In this document: piece after piece, positions 25,848 through 39,552 of the stretch
Layout of the letters: each line of letters starts with the position of its first letter
Numbering within the stretch: the first letter of the stretch is position 1
Position numbers and translations under genes: made by a program
Notes under the pieces: generated by a model
Databases searched by the model: none
Seen by the model: only the letters and a program-made list of their open reading frames with translations
Told to the model about the DNA's origin: nothing
Source of the DNA: Octopus vulgaris
Lineage: Eukaryota
Reading direction: 5' to 3'
Length of the DNA: 64,000 bases
NCBI GenBank assembly: GCA_951406725.2
Contig: OX597822.1
Span: 110,484,001 to 110,548,000, forward strand

Positions 25848-26361
25848 TCTATATATATAAAACTGTAGTTGTGTCAGTGTCTGTCCCCTTCGATTTAGAT
25901 TCCTAACTACTCCCACATTTTGCGGTGCAGTTTAACCAAATTCGGGTATCTTATAGTCGTGATTCATATCGAGCCCGTCTGAGTATTAGCGCGCGTCTAC
26001 GATGAGACTACGATTTTAAAAATAATTTAACACCATTTTTCATTCCATTTTAATGCATAATTTTTCGTGTGTCGATGGCGGCGGAGTTGGCGTCCACGCT
26101 CACGCCTGCACCTGTGTTGCTTCTCCCCCTTCTTCCCTCCCTCGTGAAGCTGTGGGAAAGGGAGTGTAAGGAAATCAACGTCGTAAAGCGTTGTCAAGGA
26201 GACAAGCGTTCTTTTAGAACAACGACTTCATCGCTTGAGGACACCAAAACAGAAATGGCCAAGAAAGCCCGAATTGGCATCTATAAGGGAAGTAACTCTC
26301 TAAAAATGCTTATATAGTTATTTCCCTTACAAACCCGAGCAACGCCGGGCGATACTGCTAG
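25848..26361 (+). mobile_element. Non-autonomous Helitron, copy 1
   Basis: 5' end A|TCTATATATATAAAA. 3' GC-rich hairpin CCCGAGCAACGCCGGG followed by CTAG at 26358-26361. No TSD. Confidence 0.85.
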
Positions 26362-26802
26362 TCTGTATATATAAAAGTGAAGTTGTGTACTGTCTGTCTC
26401 CTACGATTTAGATTCCTAACTACTCCCACATTTTGCGGTGCAGTTTAACCAAAACCGGGTATCGTATAGTCGTGATTCATATCGAGCCCGTCTGAGTATT
26501 AGCGCGCGTCTACGATGAGTCAACGATTTAAAAAATAATTTACCATCATTTACATCATCCTCCATACCACCATACCATATCATCCTCCTCCTCATTATTA
26601 TTATTTAGGCGGTGAGCTGTCAGAATAGTTAGCACGCCGGACAAAATACTTAGTGATATTTCGTCCATCTTTACGTTCTGAGTTCAAATTTTAATGCATT
26701 TTCTTTGCTATTATATAAGGGAAGTAACTCTCTAAAACTCTCTAAAATGCTTATATAGGTATTTCCCTTGCAAATCCGAGCAACGCCGGGTGATACTGCT
26801 CG
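26362..26802 (+). mobile_element. Non-autonomous Helitron, copy 2 (head-to-tail) with a captured insert
   Basis: Starts TCTGTATATATAAAA immediately after the CTAG of copy 1 and ends CCGAGCAACGCCGGG...CTCG|T. It lacks ~26066-26280 of copy 1 and contains a foreign segment at 26552-26689. Confidence 0.85.
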
Positions 26803-27199
26803 TTCATTCGTAAAGAATGTTTGTCTAAATGGAAAAGAATATTCAGTGATGGCATTGTCGTTGTATGAACGGATTTTTCAGGCAACAAGATATTAAAGGG
26901 ATTCTTTGCAGTCGTTTCTATCAACCCTTAAATTCACACAGGCTTAATTAATGTCATCTTGGTATCTTGCTAACTGTAAGAATATTAATGTAAATGTTCC
27001 ACGGGTATTGTCAGATAGCGAATGATCAGCTCATTTCTGCTAAGGAACAGTACCTTTCCCCCGTTGTAGGGCTATCATAATAAGCGTGCCATTCATTTCA
27101 ACCAGCCTTCACAAATACAAACGTGATTGATACACTTATTCCCAGTCAAATAAATATACACAATAAACGTACAATCAAAATCATGCGTATATATAAACA

Positions 27200-27617
27200 T
27201 AGGCGCAGGAGTGGCTGTGTGGTAAGTAGCTTGCTAACCAACCACATGGTTCCGGGTTCAGTCCCACTGCGTGGCATCTTGGGCAAGTGTCTTCTGCTAT
27301 AGCCCCGGGCCGACCAATGCCTTGTGAGTGGATTTGGTAGACGGAAACTGAAAGAAGCCTGTCGTATATATGTATATATATATAGGTGTGTGTGTTTGTG
27401 TGTGTGTTTGTGTGTCTGTGTTTGTCCCCCTAGCATTGCTTGACAACCGATGTTGGTGTGTTTACGTCCCCGTCACCTAGCGGTTCGGCAAAAGAGACCG
27501 ATAGAATAAGTACTGGACTTACAAAGAATAAGTCCCGGGGTCGATTTGCTCGACTACAGGCGGTGCTCCAGCATGGCCGCAGTCAAATGACTGAAACAAG
27601 TAAGAGTAAAAGAGAGA
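27200..27617 (+). mobile_element. SINE family C
   Basis: Full-length copy colinear with the 22999 and 24035 copies. Confidence 0.92.
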
Positions 27618-27734
27618 GTATATAAAAGGGAGATCCCATTTATCGCGATTTTCGTTAACACGGACTTCGATTTATGCGGTTTATGCTTTGTTATCACATT
27701 CCAGTATACCCAGAAATAATTTCACATGTACGCT

Positions 27735-28590
27735 CACCTTAATTCCATTCAACTCCCTGAATGTTCCACATGTCCTGCAGGATTATCTTAGCTTCTTTGT
27801 TCACTACTACATACTGCCATATTCCCATACTTAGTGTTCGTTATCTGACACTTTTAATGTTTCTGTACAATTCATTGCCTCATATCGTTAACCCAGCAGC
27901 GGCACCATACTGCCTGCATGCTTTAATCGTCGCTGCGTTTGTAGTTTAATAGCATATTTGTGCATTCATTGCGGACCAAGTGTTACGCTATCTGCAGCAA
28001 GTTCTTGCCTATTTGTTCAATACTTTCACAGATTTTGACCTTACTACCATACTCTACCACTCTATTAGACTCTGTTTTTCCTGTGCCAATTCTCTTTCTT
28101 TTCTTCTATATGTTTCGTTTATATCCATTTCTTTACTACCCACAGGGGGCTAAACACAGAGAGGACAAACAAGGACAGACAAACGGATTAAGTCGATTAT
28201 ATAGACCCCAGCGCGTAACTGGTACTTAATTTATCGACCCCGAAAGGATGAAAGGCAAAGTCGACCTCGGCGGAATTATACTCAGAATGTAACGGCAGAC
28301 GAAATACGGCTACGCATTTCGCCCGGCGTGCTAACGTTTCTGCCATCTCGCCATGTTTCTTTTCTATCATCGTACCCTACAGCATGACCATGTTTTCTCA
28401 CTCTCTACAGTCAGACGCCACATTTGTTATTCATTAGACATTACTTATTTGTCACTGTAATTGGTGTTTCTAGGCGTTTTACTTTACCCACAGTGGAAGT
28501 ACAATTTACTCCGCATAACAGCTGCATTTATCGATTTTCACAAACAACCATTGACATGTTTTCTTGTCAACGCAGACTCTTAAAAGTTTT
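27735..28590 (-). mobile_element. Very degraded RTE-like LINE fragment interrupted by SINE-B
   Basis: Minus-strand remnants QYGAA (YGxE-like) and AGHV occur in the expected order, with many frameshifts. Confidence 0.35.
28126..28352 (-). mobile_element. SINE-B monomer
   Basis: Full unit. Imperfect TSD ATGTTTC(G/T)TTT(A/C)TATC at 28110-28125 and 28353-28368. Confidence 0.9.
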
Positions 28591-28698
28591 GAGCGGATTC
28601 CGGTTTCACTAGAAACATGTGAAGCACATTTGTAGATTTTTGCAATGAGGACACCTTTCACTGTTTATACATATATATTTACATATATCCATATATAC

Positions 28699-28738
<40 letters not shown>

Positions 28739-29299
28739 CGTTTTTGTATTGGGTTTGCAATATTCTTCATGTGAATTCGTGTGTTGAAGCATACTTTATT
28801 GTGTCTGGGGATCGTCATTCTGTTTTAGTGCCTTATTACTGAACACACTCACCGGTTAGATTTCCACTCATATACTTATTTATTTTTATAAGATTTTTGA
28901 GGCATTTTAATTGTAAGGAACCCGGACGAGGGTCGACATCTATACATCTGTTTATATACCATATACTAACACACCCGTATGTACCCGTACAAAAACAGAT
29001 ATATTCATACACTTACACATACGTGTACATGCACTCACAAATGTACACATACTTATATATATATATATATATATATATATGCATGTACATGAAATTATAT
29101 ACTCATGCACACTTGCATGCAGTTTCACGATCCAATGTAAGTTCCAGATCCAATATAGAGAAGATTCCAGAAGTGTTGTTGACAGCAAATAAGAACATAA
29201 ATAGGTTAAAACTTCACTGCAGCTGTTTCAGACACGTATTTTATTGCTGCATATTTCGTTCCCATCATAAAAACCGTTTTGTTATAGTGAATTAAATAT

Positions 29300-30139
29300 T
29301 TAAAATTTGGTTCGAAGAAAAATTATCAAGATGTGGGATGTGGATTAATCCTCTCATTACGGAATTGTTGCCGAATAAAAGAAAAAGCACAAATAGCCTG
29401 TAAGTTCTATACGAAGGGTACCTGCTGGCATGAAGCCATTCAGACTGGCTCTTGATTTGCTCATCCAAATTTCCATGTGAGCGGTACAAATTAAACTCAC
29501 CCCAAGGTCAGGGAGAACTATATCCGAGGAGACAAACAACTGCTCCATGATTAATGAGGACATTAGCCCAGGTCACAAACACGAAGTACCCACATGGGAA
29601 ATATGTGGATGTTACACGCTATGCTCCTAAGAAGAAACAATATGTAGACCGCCGCAAACAACAAACGTCCCAGGGTGGTCATTGCCGACACCCTATATGT
29701 CACACCAGTATTATTGCTGATTGTCAGGGTCTTGTAACATTCGACCAACACATAATTCCCTACCTGATAGATTAATTACATATAATCAAGCAATATGTAT
29801 GACACAAATAGAAATACACCTGAACGATGTCATATGATATGCTGAGATTCACACGTCAAGGAGAGGCTGGAAATAAACTTTGGCATCGAGAGACATACCA
29901 GCTCCCGGCCTGGATATCACTACACGGTTACAAAAGTACCAGCCTTCCCATCTGGTATGAGGACTATGTACTGCAATAACTTAGGATTCATTGGCCCACG
30001 GTTATTCAAAGAGGGCAGCAATATCCAACCCCCTCCTTCAACAAAAGCCACTCACACAAGAATTGCTATTGAAAACGGGATAGTCCTGGTGGTACCCTAG
30101 CATGGCCGCATCCTTTGGCCGGAAATGCATAAAAGAATA
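29300..30139 (+). mobile_element. Degraded CR1/L2-like LINE 3' portion
   Basis: The peptide MRTMYCNNLGFIGPRLF near 29956-30006 resembles the NSxxxxGPxLFN motif at the end of CR1/L2-type ORF2. The region ends GGTGGTACCCTAGCATGGCCGCA...ATAAAAGAATA. The 5' boundary is uncertain. Confidence 0.5.
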
Positions 30140-30180
30140 TGCTATTGAAAACGGGATAGTCCTGGTGGTACCCTAGCATA

Positions 30181-30415
30181 CGGGGACAAGCGCAGACACA
30201 CGCAGAAATACATACATACATACATACATACATATACATACATATACATACATACATACATACACCTCTCCCCACATGTATATATATGCGACGGGCTTCT
30301 TTCAGTTTCCGCCTACCTAATCCACTCACAAGTCTTTGGTCGGCCCGAGGGTGTAGTAGAAGACTCTTGGCAAAGGACCTGCAGTTGGACTGAACCCGGA
30401 ACCATGTGGGAAAGC
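30181..30415 (-). mobile_element. Partial diverged SINE-C
   Basis: CGACGGGCTTCTTTCAGTTTCCG...GGACTGAACCCGGAACCATGTGG matches the family C reverse complement. Confidence 0.85.
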
Positions 30416-30607
30416 ACGTATATGTGTATGTATATATATATATATTTACATATATATGCACACATATGTATGCACACACGCAAACACTCGCACGCACACA
30501 TGCACACATGTATTAACAATTTTTAACTAAATTCTCCATTACTCAACCGGAAATTATGTCCACGGAAAGTATTTCCGACGCGTGTATGTATGCATTTATA
30601 TGTGATG

Positions 30608-30649
<42 letters not shown>

Positions 30650-30786
30650 TATACACGCATATATAACACATACAAGCTCGCACACAGACTGACAGACACA
30701 CGTACACACGCACACACACATATGCATACTCAAATATTCTCACGTAGATAATTTCTTATAATTTATTATAATCCTGTACATTCCTT

Positions 30787-30832
<46 letters not shown>

Positions 30833-31581
30833 ATATTTATCACCTTGAAAGTTCTTTAGAAGGTTTATAAATTGTTTGACATTTTCTCATTTAGAAATTA
30901 TTAGCGTAGTTATGAACCTATATGACTTTGATTGATTTGCTTTGATCTCAATAACATAGTGATAAAATTGGTTAACAGAACTTTTAGAATTCATGTTTAT
31001 TTTAGTTGAATTATCTGTTGTCTTTCATTATTATTTCAAAACTTTTAACTCGTATCTCCATTACAACTAAATAACATTATCAATTTCGATATTTAACTAA
31101 CATAAACATATTAATTTATACTTTTATGCTGATAATTGTTATTGCCGAAACTATTTTCATTAGTCTAGTATACACATATATTTGTTAATGCAAATACCGT
31201 CTTCCTAGTAATGTGTTGACCACTTTCCCTATTCGATTTATGCTCTTCTGCTTCTATTTCAATATTCATTGGTTTTATCGCTAGCATTATGATTATGGAT
31301 ACTTCTTTATATTACTCATCACTTTTCTTTTTCGTTCTACTGTTTCCCTCTCGCAGAGAATTTCGCTAATCTGCGGTTTTCCCTCACTTATTTTCCCCAA
31401 AATCATAATTAGCTGGATCGCTATTAATTAAAGCTAATAGTTTATTAGTTCTGAAATGCTTCTAATCTGAACACTATAATCAAGTTAAATTAAGTAAATT
31501 AATAAGTACCGTTAGAATTTATTAACTATGTTGCTCCTAAGATATTAAACAATATAACACAGCAAACGTGCGCTTTATTTC

Positions 31582-31724
31582 TAGGCGCAGGAGTGGCTGT
31601 GTGGTAAGTAGCTTGCTAGCCAACCACATGCGTGGCATCTTGGGCAAGTGTCTTCTGCTATAGCCCCGGGCCCACCAATGCCTTGTGAGTGGATTTGGTA
31701 GACGGAAACTGAAAGAAGCATGTC

Positions 31725-31795
<71 letters not shown>

Positions 31796-32018
31796 TGTGT
31801 GTGTGTGTGTGTGTTTGTGTGTCCGTGTTTGACCCCCTAGCATTGCTTGACAACAGATGCTGGTGTGTTTACGTCCCCGTCACTTAGCGGTTCGGCAAAA
31901 GATACCCATAGAATATGTACTGGGCCTACAACGAATAAGTCCCGGGGTCGATTTGCTCGACTGAAAGGCGGTGCTCCAGCATGGCCGCAGTCAAATGACT
32001 GAAACGAGTAAAAGAGAG
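31582..32018 (+). mobile_element. SINE family C with the B box deleted
   Basis: CAACCACATG|CGTGGCATC lacks the ~21-nt segment containing GTTCCGGGTTCAGTCCCAC that is present in the other copies. The internal (TA)n is long. Confidence 0.9.
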
Positions 32019-32441
32019 CGATATCGACAAAATCTTAGAACTGGTAGGGCTAACTGCCATGTTTTCCGCGTGATACTTGCGGGTATACAAGCAAGTTTTG
32101 CCAAAACCAACTTTCACGACCGATGTCACTAAAGTTGATGACATTCGACTGTGGATGTGTTCTCAGTGCATTGCGATACGTTGTGGGTAGAACTGGGTTC
32201 TGGTTCGAGTCCAAATATATAGAAGACCGTAAGATATATGATGAGTGTCATACACGACAGGCCTAGAACTTATGTCACTTTACCTGAGGAAAAAAGGAAG
32301 ATTAGTATATGCCCATGTTTATATTTTGAGTTCTTATAACCAGTTTTGAACTATCAAACTGATGTATGTATGAATGTATGTATGTATGTATGTATGTAAG
32401 TATGTATCTATCAATATACATGTTTATATATATACAAAGGC

Positions 32442-32501
<60 letters not shown>

Positions 32502-32530
32502 AGACATATATATACATGTATACATACATA

Positions 32531-32838
32531 CATCACGTGACCACGTGACCGAGCAGACCATCAGATGTTGCTACTCATCGCTGGTCACAATGCGTTCGCA
32601 TTGTTTTAGCCTTCGAACGACGTCACCCCGCTGGCTAAACGAGCAGGCCAACAGAAGAAAGATTAAGAGAAAGAGCGGGGAAAGAGTACAGCAGGGATCA
32701 CCACCCCCTGTCGGAGCCTCGTGGAGCCTTTAGGTGTTTTCGCTCAATAAACACACACAACGCCTGGTCTGGGAATCGAAACCGCGATTCTCCGACCGCG
32801 AGTCCGCTGCCCTAACCACTGGGCCATTGCGCCTCCAC
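32531..32838 (-). mobile_element. SINE family A, tail variant A3
   Basis: Family A head plus the tail shared with 60331-60630. Confidence 0.9.
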
Positions 32839-33421
32839 TCATATATATAAGCGTGTACTGGGAGCGTTAGATAGAACCACTATGATTTCGGCTTAAATCT
32901 GCACTGCTCTCTAGTGGGTGGGCTGCGATGTAATGGTATCAAATGAACCCCATACTGCAGATGAAACCCCCTCAGGCCATATAAAACGGATCAACGTTAT
33001 AAGATGTACTGATATGTGTGGCAAGATGATGTTGGTATCACACCGCCGTTTGTGGTTCAGAAATAGATTAACGAGGCAGGGTTTCCCAGGTGGACTTAGG
33101 AAGTGATTCTTAAAGAATACGAAAAGTAAATGTAAAGAATAGACGTGGTAGTCAGAATGGTTTCTGAATGAAAAGGGTTCAATGTGATGGAGTGCTTTAG
33201 TGGTTAGTCATGGGTGACATTAGTGGCAATGTGGTCTAGTATTTTCTATATATATATGTGTATCCAGACATTCACACGCATATATGTGTGTGTCTATGTA
33301 TATATAAACACACACATGCATACAAGTATATACATATATATATATATACATAGATACAATATATGCATACTTATCCATGCACATAAATCTATCTGTGCAC
33401 ACACGTATACACAGGCAGAAA

Positions 33422-33442
33422 TATATATATATATATATATAT

Positions 33443-33536
<94 letters not shown>
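33422..33536. repeat. (TA)n(GATA)n microsatellite
   Basis: Seen directly. Confidence 0.95.
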
Positions 33537-33974
33537 GGCTATCTATGTTAAGATATCTAAGATGGCTATCTTTCTTCCAATTCCTTCCAAAAGAGAAAAC
33601 GTGCTTCTCAAAGCTCTTTTCTCCAGCGATCTCCACTTCATCTCGTTATGGCTTAACAGCCCTTACCATTTGTTTTTACTGCTTTGTCATCACTGCCCTG
33701 TTTTTGTCACCACTTTAACCCTCTGCAAATCCAAAATGTTTTAAAATATGCTCTGTGGGAACGACTGCTTTAACGAAGACGCATCTTGTCCCTACGTTCG
33801 AAACGCGGAGTAGATAAAACAGGGGACAACTAATGATGGGATGGTTCTTTATGGTGCTTGTCTCGTTTCTGTATCTGTTTCTTTCGTTGTTCGAGAAAAA
33901 GTTCGTTTTATATGTTTTTACTTTTGTATGTTCTCGTTTCTCATTTTGGTCACGCTTTTTTTGATATCCTGTAA

Positions 33975-34322
<348 letters not shown>

Positions 34323-34327
34323 TGACA

Positions 34328-34508
34328 AGAAATGCTAAAATAATTTTATAAAAAACATTTCAGTAACGGTTTCAGTCATTCAGACTTTTTCAACTGTAAG
34401 TATGGAAAATAATTAAATTTTGGAAAAATTAAAAGAAAACTTTGTTAGAAGTATATTTGCATAGTATTCAAATACAATTGGCATTTCCTTGTTTCTGCCT
34501 GTATCTCT
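34328..34508 (-). mobile_element. Solo fragment of the Penelope pseudo-LTR
   Basis: Closely matches ~9895-10075 (AAATGCTAAAATAATTTTATAAAAAACATTTCAGTA...CATTTCCTTGTTTCTGCCTGT) and abuts (TA)n. Confidence 0.85.
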
Positions 34509-35040
34509 TCAATTATTTTAGCATTGTCTATCTTGACATTCTTTCCATATATAGCAACTCGTGTGTTCCTTTTCAAGCTTCTACACACACACACACATAC
34601 ACACACGCATACACACACACACACATACACACACACATACACACACGTATATATGTGCGTATACATACATACATATTGTTGAAGAAGGGCTTTTATGCAA
34701 AACCCCAGGATTTTAAAATTGTCCTTGAAATTTTATTTTGTAACGAACAAAATGTAAGGAAAATGCCCACTTTTATGCTTCTATATTCTGTGTTTGTCAG
34801 ATTTAGTAAGGGTTATAACTGAGAAAATACCTTGGATTTCTAAACCCCTTTAATCATGTAAGGTAGTAATCGACCCTATCAACGTCAATACTTATCACAG
34901 TGTAGTAAATGTTTACTCGAGCTCTACATTACGGAAAAGAGAACTGACGCAGGTGAAAAGCCACAATCACCCACACAGAAAAAAGACACACACACGCAAA
35001 CACACGCACATATATATATATATATACATATATATGTATA

Positions 35041-35155
35041 TCACCATGATCACCGTGACGGACCAGACTATCAGATGTTGCTACACATCACTGGTCACAA
35101 TACGCTTTGCATTGTTTTAGCATAGTGACGCCACTCCGCTGGCTAAGCGAGCAGG

Positions 35156-35159
<4 letters not shown>
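35041..35159 (-). mobile_element. 5'-truncated SINE A3 tail
   Basis: Matches the tails of the 32531 and 60331 copies. Confidence 0.85.
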
Positions 35160-35189
<30 letters not shown>

Positions 35190-37118
35190 CCATATATATA
35201 TATACACTTATGTAAGTATATACATACGTATAGATTCATATATATACATATACACCTATATATATGCATATATATATGTATATATGTATATATATATATA
35301 TATGGATATATGTGTACGTATATACGCATATATATGCTTGTGTGTGTATGTATGGCTGGGTGTGTATAGCTAAATACACACCCTGTCACATACACACATA
35401 CATACATACCTACGTACATACACACACATTCTATATACGTACTTGTCTGTACTTTGTAGTTTTATACGAGCACATGAAAGCCGGAACCAATGCATTATTT
35501 CTCTATTCCTTTATTAACATTGTCGAATATAATTCCATATGTTCATAAATAGTTTTGATTTAACTGCATCGTATGTTGCATGAAAGACCTTTATGAAGCA
35601 TATATTATTCCCTAGCTGTTTATTTATGTGATGAGATTGAGATAAGGTGGTCGACATGAAGCATTCGAAAACGCATTAGTGTCGATTAACGAAAACTACT
35701 CTGCTTTGGACTATGGAATCTTTTCACAAACGTCGCCATAATGTGTTATTTGAAGACACATGAAGCAAACGTAAGGCGGAGTTTGTATGGATGTGAACAT
35801 TTTCAGACACACATTAAGCGTATGCATACAATCGCGTTTTGATGAAAATCTTATAGATAACTTGCTTCACAATAAGTATTAACACCTAATGCACTCCACT
35901 ATATATCCATGTTGCATGACTTTGTGATATCACTAAGTGTTTCCGGTACATAATATATATACAACTGTGCACTACAGATACACTTTGCAATGAAAGTCCA
36001 TATATATCTGAAAGAAATAGATTTTAAAGAGTGGTACTTGATGCTCGTAAAAATTTTTGTGTTAAAGTGATTCTACAAAAATAAGCAATTTAGTTAATGG
36101 TTTTGGAATATAAAAATAAATAAATAACTAAATAAACAAATGGAAATCGAATTGAAGTTGTTCTGTTACATCAAAATATATCAGTCTTATTGTGAGCAGT
36201 CAACGATGTATTTCTGTTTGAAATTAAATTGTAATATCAAGACTGTTGTTATAACAATGTTACCACCCATCAAAGTGTGGGCTGCGAAATTATTTTTCAT
36301 ATATTTTTGTTAATTATAATTATGACTTTGAAGATACTAACAGTTGGAATGGAAAATATATTGGTTCACTGATTAATTTGTTTTTATTTCATTTTATTTT
36401 ATTCCTTGTTTTATTGCAGTAATTATTAATTAGTCTTCTGAAATAAAAGGTAGGCGGTTGCAACATAATGAATATCCTTTAATTTATAACCGTTAGCTCC
36501 TATTCATAATTTTCTATCACTTCAACCAATCGGTTCTGTTAGTAGTTTGTATCATTGTATTCCTTTATTCAAGAGTTAACCATAAATTGAAAACAATAAA
36601 TCAAAGGATTATGCAAAATATGACTCTGTGGCTCATAATCCATTGAATAATTCGTTTTTATGTTGTCTGTGTGGAAACGCAGCTTTCAAGTGTTTTCATT
36701 GAAAGATTTTAACTCGGCACCCAATTCTAAAGAGCTTTACGAATTATAATCACGTTCTGAAATATTCATCTATCATACAATGTATTTAGAGCCAATTAAA
36801 ACGTAGCTTTTGGAGGTTTCTACAACGCGTTGATAGTGGAGTGTTTAAGTCAAGCACTGATAATGAAATGCTTTGGCTGTGTACTAAGAATCAAATATAG
36901 TGACAGACCTATTATTCGGTAATCTGCTACCTTACCAACTTGATCAGCTGTAGTTCTGGATAAAGTAAATACATAACATGAAATAGGAATTGTGGAAATT
37001 ATTTCATTACTCTCTTTCTTTGTAAATATTTAAGCCTAAAGGAAGTTGAATTTATGGTAGAATTGTAGAAGTATGAGTAATGATCAACAAGTGACATCCT
37101 TTTTATTTTATAGAGTAA

Positions 37119-37671
37119 CGAGCAAAACGACCCCCGTCCAATGAACGGTGCTGAGTCGTCAAACATTTAAACCAAATTTTCTCAGAACAACTTGTCCGAC
37201 CGTCCCATAGGCCTCCCCTTTGAGAAACACTGATTTAACCTAAATTTGAGACACCAGCAAAAGAAGAAATAAAGATAGACTTTTCTTCTATTCCAAAGAA
37301 AAACGATTTTATTCACACAAATACGCAACCGAAGAGTTTAAAATACCAGTAATGATAAGGCTGTTGAGTGGGAGAACACAAACATGGTTTAAACAGTAAG
37401 CTTGTCAGGAAAGAAACGTGCCTTTAAGCAGTACAAAACAACAAAAAATGGAAGGTGCAGTTATGTACGGGTTGACGGAAGAAAAGCAGGACAAAAACGG
37501 CTTTATCGGTCGCATTCTCACCTGGAATCGATTTTTTTAAATTTTCAAGACTTATAGACGCCCTGATACCTTCGGTATCTATACATCAAATTTGAGCGCA
37601 ATAGGATGGAGGATGCCCGAGATACAAGAAGACACACATACAGACAGACAGAACGGATTTTATATAAGAGA
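37119..37671 (-). mobile_element. Non-autonomous Helitron-like element (second family)
   Basis: The minus strand starts A|TCTCTTATATAAAATCCGTTCTGTCTGTCTG. It ends with hairpin CCGTTCATTGGACGG then CTCG|T. Confidence 0.6.
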
Positions 37672-38993
37672 TAATGTTACACTAACCTAGATTCATGTTT
37701 TGGTAAGATGTATGTCCTATCGCTTAGCTAGAATCTAACTTGAAATTAGAAATGCTCTTCAATCATTTTTACTGATATCATTTTACAGTTAACCATATTA
37801 CGGGCGATTCGATTGTATATCAAACCATATATTGGGTAATCCTTGTTTGGTGGAGAGGGAAAAAAGGGAATCTGACAAATGTAATTCAGTGACGTGAACA
37901 CCATACAGAAATGAAAGAAAGAATATGTGGAGCAAAATTTAATATAAAATAAAAGTAATGAACATCAAAGCAAAAATTAGACAAACTGAAGCCTTAAATA
38001 TGTTTATCATTTCTAAAGTGTTTGTAACAAGATTGTAAGTTAGTCGTTAAGTAGAATCAAAGCTGAATACCTCAACCCTGCCAGTCAATTTTGTATTTTC
38101 TTCTCTCTCCACAGAGATTAAATATACTGCGGCAGATTCAATCAACTCTATTGCTTCATTGTATCGTGACAATGTAAAGAAATTAATATTAATAACCCGC
38201 TGAAAGTTGCGAGTTAATATAAAACACTCTTATCACCTCCTACACAAAATAATCAGAAAATATCTGAATTCTAAACCTTAATTATTCTTATAATATGTTA
38301 AATCTCTAAATTCCTTATAGAAAATGTGTAATAAAGATTCTTGAAGAAAGTTCGAGTTTAATATATTTTATGTTTTTGTTTTCAACTTTATAGCGTAATT
38401 TTTATTAACAGCAAAACGTCTAGAACTTGGGAAATATTTGCATTATAAATATTCATGATTCTAAAACTGATTCGATAAGCTTTATATATATTACAGTCAC
38501 TAATTGAATGCTTTTCTGAGATTAAATTATATATTGCACGTTGAAACTATTTATGTAAATACATGCATCTGATTAATTGTTTCTGATTAATAAGCAATAA
38601 GTACATACGCAACAACACATACGCACGAAAAAGTTAACTTGTGATATGCAATATATTCGGTAGAGCAAATCTACAATGTAACAATAAACTCAGTGAATGT
38701 TCCAAATGTGGTATTCTTCATTCTTGGGAAACTATAAGTGTATCGCGAACTAATAAGTGCGTATCTACCACAAACTGAGTAAATTATGTTAACACTTGTC
38801 TTAATAAAGAGAAATAATTGGAGAATTATAAATTAACCTTACTTAATTTACTTTTTTTTAAATGAATCCTTCATGAAATACGTGCCGGAAGGTCTGAGAA
38901 TGAATCTGTTGAAAGTGGGTCTTATAAGAAACTGTTGAAATGATTCGTCCATCTACAGGAAACAGCTTACGTTTGTTATAACGTAGAAACATA

Positions 38994-39227
38994 TAAGGCG
39001 GCGAGCTGGCAGAAACGTTAGCACGCCGGGCGAAATGCGTAGCCGTATTTCGTCTGCCGTTACGTTCTGGGTTCAAATTCCGCCGAGGTCGACTTTGCCT
39101 TTCATCCTTTCGGAGTCTATAAATTAAGTACCAGTTACGCACTGGGGTCGATGTAATCGACTTAATTCGTTTGTATGTCCTTGTTCGTCTCCTCTGTGTT
39201 TAGCCCCTTGTGGGTAGTAAAGAAATA
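38994..39227 (+). mobile_element. SINE-B monomer
   Basis: Full unit. TSD TATAAC(G/T)TAGAAACATA at 38977-38993 and 39228-39244. Confidence 0.93.
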
Positions 39228-39552
39228 TATAACTTAGAAACATACTGACTGGAAATGAACTGGGTTAATCAAATGATGACTAAAACTTCTGATTTGAAAA
39301 ATCAAAACAGACCATAGCGATTTAACTTTCTCTCTTAATGGCATTGTCATAGAGATAAATAAATATTGATCGCTTTATCGATTAGGAAAATACTTTCCTT
39401 AATATGTATTTATGTATTAAACTGTAACCCAATCACGGTTGTCGGCAATATTTCAACCTGCACTGGTTAATATTTACTGCGAGGGATGTTGTTGTTGCTA
39501 CTACTACTACCACCACCACCACTACTACTACTACTGCTACTGCTACTGCTAC

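Noticed and set aside
33770-33970. Possible second Penelope pLTR or hammerhead (CGAAACG, ACTAATGATGG)
   Set aside because: The core motifs are not in a convincing order with paired stems, and there is no second copy in the window.
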